Source: Spirochaetia bacterium (GTDB lineage: Bacteria > Spirochaetota > Spirochaetia > CAKZLE01). Taken from it: 64,000 nucleotides of DNA. Position numbers and translations under genes: made by a program. The stretch covers positions 3,264,001 to 3,328,000 of the forward strand of contig OY782041.1 of NCBI GenBank assembly GCA_963677595.1, written 5' to 3'. Below the pieces are notes generated by a model. It was given only the letters and a program-made list of their open reading frames with translations. It made no database searches and was not told where the DNA came from. Positions 39,243 through 46,233 of the stretch are shown piece by piece (the stretch's first letter is position 1; every line of letters begins with the position of its first letter).

Positions 39243-41315
39243 GCACCGATTTTCATGGTACAGATAGCACCCCTAATTCAGGATCTTGTATTTCCCTGAA
39301 AGACGATCGGCAGATTGTTCAGAGCTGAGACAGCTGTTTCCTGGTACGGCTGCAGTGCAGTCAGCAAAGCAGGCAGATTCCGCTTCTTCTTCAGATCCAC
39401 CACGATCTGGTCCTCCTTGATCGATACCGAACCTCCAGTATCAAGGAATTTCTCATACAGGCTCATCGCAGTACAGTGGGTGAATCCAGGCAGGTCCATC
39501 GCCAGCAGCCTCAGCAGGTTATGAGCAAGAATCGTCATGGTAAGATCGAAGTCAACCTTGATTACCATGGAGGATGATACCCGGTTGAGATGGAAGAACT
39601 CTATCTGTTCACTGATAGACTTCTCAACAAGCCACCTGCGTGCATAGATCTGCACCAGCTCCTTGGTTGGTCGATCGAAGTCATTCGTGATCAGGATCGC
39701 AGGCTTGATCTTCCCATGTCCTTCGATCGCTATCTGCCTGATCTCCTTCCCATAGGCTTTCAGGAATACGGTCGAGTCATAGATTCTCAGCGTCTGTCCC
39801 TTCCCGTTCGAACGGGTGACACGGACCTTCTTCCAGCTTGATGGCGAAACCTTAGCCAATGCATCGACGATGTTCTTCCCTCTTCGTCGGATGGTCAGGA
39901 AGTTCACATCCTCATCAAGCCGTGCAAGGTTCTCATACGTCGTGAACCGGGAGTCGAACACCAGGTATCGCAGATCCCCGCTCCCATGCTTTCGGGAGAA
40001 GTCTAGAAACTCCACTGAGGCATTTCCTTCCCGGTCATGCCTGATCGTCGTATCCCCATACGTGAGCATCCCGGAGCCGGGATCCTGGCAGATGAGGGCC
40101 AGCATCGATGCCAATCCTCTTCCCCGTTTCCCCGACCAGTTGTTCTCCAGGTGTGAATCATCTCCCCAGTAGGGAATCGTCGTGAAGTCAAGGTTCACCG
40201 TATCAGAGAGTAATCCATGTGTATCAAGAAGCTTGTACAGGTGTTTCAGCAAGCTCGTGTTCATCTCTCGGGTCACCCGATGGGAATAGGAACTGAACCA
40301 CGCGGATTTCGGCAGCACGTTCAGTCCAGCGAATAGTCCGAGGCCCCGGTCCATGCACCAGGCATCATCTGCAGTGTAGCGCCGTGCATGCGAGAGCTTG
40401 AGTGCAACAAAGCTCAGGATCGAGTTCACTCGATTCATGCTCTTCGTTTCTGGATACGCTGATGACCCGATCAGGTCAAGGATCCCATACCGTTGCGCAT
40501 ACGGCAACAGGGTAAGAACCCCGAGAGCATTCTGTGAGATGAAGGTCTCAGGATCAAAGTCCAGTTTCAAGGTCTTCGGTGCAGCGATTGGTATCGTTGA
40601 AGTTGCATGCTGCTTGATCTCGTTGGTACGGCGGGGAAGCCGGTCAAACCCTTCCTGGTTGATCACATTGTAGACGTACTTCTCTGATACCGTATGGCCC
40701 TTCGCAGCGACAGCGGCTGTGATGTCAGGAACTGAGAGATATTTCTTTCGGAGCGATACGATCAGTTCCGTCAACTCCCCGGTATGGTCCATGGGCTTTC
40801 GCCCCTGTTTGACATCGGTGAAGAACGGGTTCTCCCCTGATGCGAGCTGCTGCTTGAAGTCCCGGATGAGGGAGTAGACAGAGGCTTTGGTATAGCCGAA
40901 CCGTTGAGCGACCTGATCTGCGGTGAAGCCGTCGTGGAAGTACCGGCGGAGCGCCTCATACTGGCGCTGTTTGGTTGTCGTTGGCTCTAAAAAGAATTGG
41001 CGTGGGTCCATGCTCCTCCGTATAGGGTAAGATATTACCATGAAAGCTATTCTATACTTGTTATTAAATCATTAGTTGTGGGTAAAGTCAAGCGAGAAAT
41101 GCGCATATATGGCTATTATTCATAGGTTTTAGGAAGTCCTGATAGGTTTTAATGATTAGAAAGATTTCTATAGTTGTAGGTAATAACCCTAGATGCCGTG
41201 AGTAGGAAACTAGGGATAGTGTAGATGAACTACTGGCAGGAGGGTTCTATGGCTCTTTATGGTCGGATTCAGATGGAGAGGGTTAGGGGTTAGTTAATTC
41301 CATGAAAATCGGTGC
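39243..41315 (-). mobile_element. DDE insertion sequence (IS4-superfamily-like, family unassigned), 2073 bp
   Basis: 16-bp TIRs GCACCGATTTTCATGG (39243-39258) / CCATGAAAATCGGTGC (41300-41315); TSD TGA, or CTGAG if ends are 1 bp shorter; subterminal ACCCCTAA/TTAGGGGT. Confidence 0.92.
39278..41011 (-). CDS. DDE transposase with N-terminal HTH extension
   Basis: NLDFT, VFDSRF, YARRWLVEKSI (YREK-like); N-terminal HTH (QVAQRFGYTKASVYSL); alternative start 41041. Confidence 0.85.
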   Translation of the reverse strand: MDPRQFFLEPTTTKQRQYEALRRYFHDGFTADQVAQRFGYTKASVYSLIRDFKQQLASGENPFFTDVKQGRKPMDHTGELTELIVSLRKKYLSVPDITAAVAAKGHTVSEKYVYNVINQEGFDRLPRRTNEIKQHATSTIPIAAPKTLKLDFDPETFISQNALGVLTLLPYAQRYGILDLIGSSAYPETKSMNRVNSILSFVALKLSHARRYTADDAWCMDRGLGLFAGLNVLPKSAWFSSYSHRVTREMNTSLLKHLYKLLDTHGLLSDTVNLDFTTIPYWGDDSHLENNWSGKRGRGLASMLALICQDPGSGMLTYGDTTIRHDREGNASVEFLDFSRKHGSGDLRYLVFDSRFTTYENLARLDEDVNFLTIRRRGKNIVDALAKVSPSSWKKVRVTRSNGKGQTLRIYDSTVFLKAYGKEIRQIAIEGHGKIKPAILITNDFDRPTKELVQIYARRWLVEKSISEQIEFFHLNRVSSSMVIKVDFDLTMTILAHNLLRLLAMDLPGFTHCTAMSLYEKFLDTGGSVSIKEDQIVVDLKKKRNLPALLTALQPYQETAVSALNNLPIVFQGNTRS

Positions 41316-42404
41316 TGAGGTTATATCATAGACCGGTGCCAGGGAGAACATTCCTCCAGCTAACAGGGCGATACTGAAATTCTTCGCATGGGCATCGGGG
41401 GCTGCCAATAACCAGTCAAGCATGAGTGCTTTCAGCAAGAGCAGCCTGTCGTTCCGAGGATCCCTTGCGGAGGATAGGATCCCCATGATCGTCTGAATAC
41501 CGGGGCCTCCGTCTGACTCATACTTCAAGGCTGACGGGGTTCCCGTCGCCTGGCAGAAGTCCTCATGCGGCAGGCGGATGATCCTGCCGCCAGGACTGAC
41601 CCTTCGATCGAACCTGGTGACGATCAGGACTTTCTCATCCTCGAAGCTCTGTATCTCAGTTTCAGCTGTAGGGATGCCGAAGTTGGCGAAGAGTCGGGAG
41701 CAAAGGTGTTCGTTCTCCAGGGAATCACTCATGTCTGCAATACCGATGTCACCAATGGGAAGCTTGAAAATATGGGTAGAGGGGGTCTGCCCCAATGGGA
41801 TCAGCCAGTTCCCGTCATGAAAACAGAAAGATGTCTTCTCCTGAGCTCCAGCCAATGAGATCCGAAAACTCCGCAGACTGCCCAAGGTGCTTCTTGACAG
41901 TACGGTCTCACGCAGGATCCGGGCGATCTCGCTTTCAGTCACGGCCTGACCGGTAATCGTATAAGCCGGCTCCGGTTCTTCGTGAGCTTCTGGCAGAATC
42001 TGCAAGCAGTTTCTGGAAGCAGGAGCTTCTGGCAGAATCTGTAAGCAGTTTCTGGAAGCGGGAGCTTCTGGCAGAATCTGCACTGCCCCAAGACAATCAC
42101 TGCCCACAGCTGTTATAAGATCATAGGCTGAATGGGTTCCTGTGTGGAACCGGGTCTGAAGCCGCTTACGAAGACTTGGCGTGTCGGGAAGGAGGTTATC
42201 AAAGAACTGCTCCACAACACTCCCGGAATGGTGATCAGCAGCTGAGATGAGCGGGAGGGAGAGCGAGATAGGCCTTGCCTGGGCAGAGTCCAGCCAGGAA
42301 CTGAAGTACCTGAACTGGTGTTCCCCCGAAGACGTGATACTCCAAACTCCCACTGGTATCGAGTTCATATAGACAGTTAGCGGCAATCTCCTAGCCCGTG
42401 CCAT
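41316..42404 (-). pseudogene. hipA: hipA Ser/Thr kinase toxin, N-terminal part, interrupted by IS
   Basis: PISLSLP, FFDNLLPD, DCLGAVQ, ISLAGAQEK, THIFK, NEHLC, RFDR, EDFCQA, DAHAKNFS, LAPVYD. Confidence 0.93.
41984..42082 (-). repeat. 39-bp in-frame tandem repeat (about 2.5 copies) inside hipA
   Basis: Units start at 41984, 42023, 42062; encodes QILPEAPASRNCL x2 + QILPEA. Confidence 0.95.
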
Positions 42405-42405
42405 G

Positions 42406-42654
42406 CTACCACTCCACATCCGATTCCGGCAAGGACGTACCTTTCGGGCAAATCTTCATCTCATAGCCGATGGCATTGAGGAGGGTGAGCAGGCTCTCTA
42501 TGGTGCATCTCCCCGGGTCGTTCTCCAACAGCGAGACCGTCTTCTGCAGGATCTTGAAGTCCCTGGCTGCCTCGACCTGGGTCAGCCCGGCACTCTTCCT
42601 TGCATCCTTCAACGAGATACCCAACTGTCGCATGGTCCTGATCGTGTATTCCAT
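42406..42654 (-). CDS. hipB: HipB-like XRE antitoxin
   Basis: QLGISLKDARKSAGLTQ..QKTVSLLENDP, ends W like HipB; directly upstream of hipA. Confidence 0.9.
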   Translation of the reverse strand: MEYTIRTMRQLGISLKDARKSAGLTQVEAARDFKILQKTVSLLENDPGRCTIESLLTLLNAIGYEMKICPKGTSLPESDVEW

Positions 42655-42662
42655 ACAGGAAT

Positions 42663-42759
42663 TATACCTTAGGGGGTGTAATTTGTCACTACCTTGCGGG
42701 GTGTATTTTAGAATTATACCTTGTACGGTATAGTTTGGGAATATACCCTTAAGGGAATA
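42663..42759. promoter_or_regulatory. Array of four 18-bp HipB-type operators (TATACC-N6-GGTATA consensus)
   Basis: TATACCttagggGGTGTA 42663, ACTACCttgcggGGTGTA 42688, TATACCttgtacGGTATA 42715, TATACCcttaagGGAATA 42742. Confidence 0.85.
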
Positions 42760-42765
42760 AAGATG

Positions 42766-44433
42766 TCATGCGTTTGGCTGTTCCCGGCGGGCTTCCATAT
42801 ACTCCTGATACCACCTCTCGAACTCATCAGGAGGCATCGGGTAACCGTAATAGTAGCCCTGGACCGTGTCGCAGCCCATCCTGGCGACCGACTCGGCGGT
42901 CTCCTCGGTCTCGATGCCTTCTGCGACCACCTCGATATTGAACTCATGGGCGAGGGTGACTGCAGCCCTGACGATGGCGGCAGCCTCGTCGTTGCCGTTC
43001 ATCGCCTGGATGAAGGACTTGTCGATCTTGATCGAGTCTACCTTGAAGTGGTTGAGCCGTTCGAGGGAGGAGTAGCCGGTCCCGAAGTCATCGATGGCGA
43101 GCCGCACGTCCATATCGGTGAGGGCGAGCAGGTGCTTCTTGATGATCTCCAGATTCGATATGAAGACGTTCTCGGTCAGTTCCAGCTCGAGGACGAGCCC
43201 CTCGAGACTGAAGCGGCCGAGCATCTCGCGTATCAGGTCGGGGAAGGTCGGCTGTACGAGGTTCTTGATCGAAATATTGACCGCGATGGTGAGGAAGATC
43301 CCCCTGCTGTTCCACTCCTTCAGCTGCCCAAGGGCCTTCGGGACCACCCACTTCGTCAACCGTTCGATGAGTGTACTGTGTTCAGAACGCGGGATGAAGA
43401 GGTCAGGCGGGATGAACCCCCGTGTAGGGTGGTTCCAGCGGAGCAGGGACTCGACCCCTTTGATCTCCCCCGTCTTCAGCGATATCTGGGGCTGGTACCA
43501 GAGTTCCAGGCTGTCGTTGTCGATCGCCTGCTGGAGTTCCCCGAGCAGTTCGATGTTCGCCGAGAACTCCTCATCGGCATCCTGGGAGACCACGAGGCCG
43601 GTGACCCCCTGTTCGGAAGCCCTGCGAAGGGCGACCTTCGCCTTCCGCAGGTAGAATTCCGGTTCGTGCCCGCCCTCGATGGCGGTATGTACCATCATGA
43701 GGTTGGCGTGGAGCAGGACCTCACCGTAGGAGACTGGTTTCCTCAGTATAGGAAGGAGGTTCCTGAATGATGACTGTACCTCTGCCGTGTCGGGTCCCTT
43801 CAGCATGACCGCGAGTTCCCTCACGTAGATCCGGTAGAGACGCGACCCTTCAGGGAGGGCTGCCTGGAGGCGAGCAGCGAGCTGGGCGATGGTCGCATCC
43901 ATCACCCCGTATCCGAAGGTCGCCTCCTCCTCGTTCATGTCATCGACGGTGAGGATGATGAGGCTGCGGGCTTCCCTGCAGGCATGTGCAGTACAGTCCT
44001 CCAGATCTTTGATGAGCTTCTCCCGGTTGGGGAGCCTGCTGGAAGCGTCATGGTAGCGTACCCAGTTGATCTGATCGATATACTTGAAGAGCAGGTCGCG
44101 GATGGCGCCGTTGATGCCGCCGATGATGATAAAGAAGATCATGCGGTAGATCCAGTTGATCGTCAGCTGCATCTCACCGGTAGCCACCTCGATCGGCATG
44201 AAGGGCCCTAAGGTGATCCCCCCGAGGATCCCCATGGCGATGCCGCCTTTCCACCCGAAGATGAAGCCCCCGAGGAGGATGGGGATGTAGAGGGTGTGGG
44301 AGAATACGTACTTGATCCCGCCGGTGACATAGACGAGGACGAAGCCTGCGGCGAGCAGCAGGAGCAGGGCGGGGATGGAGAGGATCTTCAGTCTCCTCTT
44401 ATATGTCTCGATCCATTGCAGCAGCCTACTCAT
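42766..44433 (-). CDS. Membrane-anchored GGDEF-EAL protein, likely c-di-GMP phosphodiesterase
   Basis: N-terminal TMs; GGDEF site degenerate (YVREL); EAL motifs YQPQ, ESLLRW, LELTE, IDDFGTGYSS, KIDKSF, AEGIET, QGYY. Confidence 0.92.
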   Translation of the reverse strand: MSRLLQWIETYKRRLKILSIPALLLLLAAGFVLVYVTGGIKYVFSHTLYIPILLGGFIFGWKGGIAMGILGGITLGPFMPIEVATGEMQLTINWIYRMIFFIIIGGINGAIRDLLFKYIDQINWVRYHDASSRLPNREKLIKDLEDCTAHACREARSLIILTVDDMNEEEATFGYGVMDATIAQLAARLQAALPEGSRLYRIYVRELAVMLKGPDTAEVQSSFRNLLPILRKPVSYGEVLLHANLMMVHTAIEGGHEPEFYLRKAKVALRRASEQGVTGLVVSQDADEEFSANIELLGELQQAIDNDSLELWYQPQISLKTGEIKGVESLLRWNHPTRGFIPPDLFIPRSEHSTLIERLTKWVVPKALGQLKEWNSRGIFLTIAVNISIKNLVQPTFPDLIREMLGRFSLEGLVLELELTENVFISNLEIIKKHLLALTDMDVRLAIDDFGTGYSSLERLNHFKVDSIKIDKSFIQAMNGNDEAAAIVRAAVTLAHEFNIEVVAEGIETEETAESVARMGCDTVQGYYYGYPMPPDEFERWYQEYMEARREQPNA

Positions 44434-44542
44434 CGTGTCAGGTTCTCCCTCCTGTAAGGATACCTCTACATTCTCGCAGAAATGAGACCGGCTGTAAAGT
44501 TTTTATTGATAGAAACGGGGTAGGCGGGGTAGGTACGGTAGG

Positions 44543-45160
44543 TCACAGCAGGTGCAGGGCGAAGCCCGTGAAGAAGCAACCGCTGCCGGCGAGTACGAAG
44601 AGGTGCCAGATAAGATGGTTGTAGGGTATGCGCTCAGCGGCATAGAAGATGACCCCGACGGTGTAGGCGATGCCGCCGGCGAAGACCCAGGGAAGGAAGC
44701 CCGCAGGGGCGTAGGTGATCAGAGGGTTGAGGAAGAAGATGACCATCCAGCCCATCGGCAGGTAGAGCAGGTCGGAGAGGAGGTGCTTACCCGTGAGGAA
44801 GGCTGACTTCATGATGACCCCAAGGAGTGCGAGCAGCCAGATGAGCAGGAGCATCACACCCCGCCAGGGGTTGGGCAGGATGAGCAGGGCTACCGGGGTG
44901 TAGGTTCCCGCGATGAAGAGGTAGACAGCAGCCTGGTCAAGTACCCTGACGACCCGGTGGATCACCGGCTTATCAGTAAGGAGGTGTGTCGCGGTAGAAG
45001 TGAGGTAGAGCAGTACCTGCATCGTCCCGTAGATGAGGAACGCGATCCCTGCCGTGCTGCGCAGCTCGGTATGGGCCATGAGCAGGCTCAATCCTGCGAT
45101 CCCCAGAAGGAGCCCGAACCCGTGGGATGATGCATTGAGATGTTCTTCTTTCGTAATCAA
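44543..45160 (-). CDS. Hemolysin III / PAQR family membrane protein
   Basis: EEHLNASSHG, STATH, LDQAAVYLFIAGTYTP, HLIWHLFVLAG; TTG start after AGGAGG. Confidence 0.9.
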   Translation of the reverse strand: MITKEEHLNASSHGFGLLLGIAGLSLLMAHTELRSTAGIAFLIYGTMQVLLYLTSTATHLLTDKPVIHRVVRVLDQAAVYLFIAGTYTPVALLILPNPWRGVMLLLIWLLALLGVIMKSAFLTGKHLLSDLLYLPMGWMVIFFLNPLITYAPAGFLPWVFAGGIAYTVGVIFYAAERIPYNHLIWHLFVLAGSGCFFTGFALHLL

Positions 45161-45184
45161 AAATGACCTCCTTACCTGCATGCA

Positions 45185-45213
45185 AGTATGGCTGTCGGGG
45201 AAGGTATACGCAA
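45185..45213 (-). promoter_or_regulatory. Putative sigma70 promoter of the PAQR gene
   Basis: Minus strand TTGCGT-N17-CATACT, downstream of the 45257-45294 terminator. Confidence 0.45.
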
Positions 45214-45256
45214 TGGTGAACACGTCATCAGGGAGTAGGCAATTATGCCTATGTGG

Positions 45257-45294
45257 AAAAAAAAGTATCCCGGGCTGGTTGCGGCAGCCCGGGA
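45257..45294 (-). terminator. Strong intrinsic terminator
   Basis: Minus strand TCCCGGGCTG-ccgcaac-CAGCCCGGGA-tac-T8. Confidence 0.9.
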
Positions 45295-46018
45295 ATCTAT
45301 GTCTATCCACTACGATAGCAGTGAGCCTGCGTACAAAGAACTCTGTGGGCGACCAGATACGAAGTTTCTGCAATGTGGAAGTAATTCGGAGGTTCCGCTC
45401 TGCTTCCGGTCACCGGTTCCTGTATCCTCTCCATACGTTTCTTATTGTATGGAAGGACTGTACCAGCTCTGCCGGTCCTTGACTGCTGCAAGACCTTATA
45501 CCAGGAGAAGGAGAACAGATCTCCTGATACGATGTTTGCCGGATCTGCCGCTGCATTTCCTGCAGCATGCTAAGGTCCCTGCACCAAGAAAAAGAACCGA
45601 CATAGTGGTTTAGATCCATATGTCATCGTACATACCACGAAGACCGGTATGCTGGTCCTGGTATGCCCGAAGCAGCTCTGTATGCCTTGCGGCGGCTGTC
45701 TTCGGACACGTGCACTCTCCTGTTTGGTTAAAATTGGCACAGCCACAGGAGACATGGCTGTGCCGGGAGCGATAACAACATATGATCAGGATGGATGGAG
45801 ATCCTTCCCTGTTCCCGGTTGTCATTTCCCGCACAGGCCCCTACACCCGCGCCGGGATGCCAGATCCCGCCGCCCAAGGGAGGTACCGCTGATGTAGTCA
45901 TATGAATTCAACCTAAATCCATGTTCACTGGAGTAATGGTGACTGCATCAGCGTTCGGTCTCATTGTTGTCGTTGTTCCATACATGTACCTCCTGTTCGG
46001 CATGTGTATCTGTGTATG
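45257..46018 (-). ncRNA. Candidate large structured non-coding RNA (~760 nt), family unknown
   Basis: Lies between a sigma54 promoter and an intrinsic terminator; no credible long ORF; many nested helices, several with G-U pairs favouring the minus strand. Confidence 0.6.
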
Positions 46019-46028
46019 CAGTATATAT

Positions 46029-46045
46029 AGCAAAGGGCGTGCCAA
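46029..46045 (-). promoter_or_regulatory. Sigma54 (RpoN) -24/-12 promoter
   Basis: Minus strand TTGGCACGCCCTTTGCT matches TGGCAC-N5-TTGCW with exact spacing; AT-rich upstream tract 46050-46160. Confidence 0.8.
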
Positions 46046-46233
46046 TTTTGTAAATTATTATAATAAAAGGAGTAGAGATATTGCCCTCAATACCATAACA
46101 TACATAATTGTAGGAAAGTAATATTACACATACCAAAATGTAGGAATGTAGCATGCTTTTTTAGAGACTAAGATTTCCCTTGCTATTTGTCGGACTGTAC
46201 CGTAGCATACAGACGAGAGTTGGCGGAGGTGCA

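Noticed and set aside
41984-42082. Three 20-21-bp direct repeats with 18-bp gaps resembling a mini-CRISPR
   Set aside because: The gaps are near-identical, the unit is in frame inside hipA and no cas genes are present; it is a coding tandem repeat.
42663-42759. Regularly spaced palindromic repeats as CRISPR or iterons
   Set aside because: Spacers are only 7-9 bp and the position upstream of hipB fits operators.
45500-45620. GGCAAAC and CTAAACC words suggesting a c-di-GMP-I riboswitch near the EAL gene
   Set aside because: Wrong order and no GAAA tetraloop/GACGCAAA element.
45257-46018. CsrB/RsmY-like identity from about 22 GGA triplets (hand count) on the minus strand
   Set aside because: The plus strand has about 17 and many GGAs fall in stems, so the enrichment mostly reflects pairing; kept only as a weak alternative.
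45033-46154. Short ORFs of 60-150 aa on both strands in the ORF track, and the 5' extension of the PAQR ORF to 45373
   Set aside because: No recognisable motifs, atypical Cys/Arg/Ser-rich composition, mutually overlapping, and some cross the terminator.
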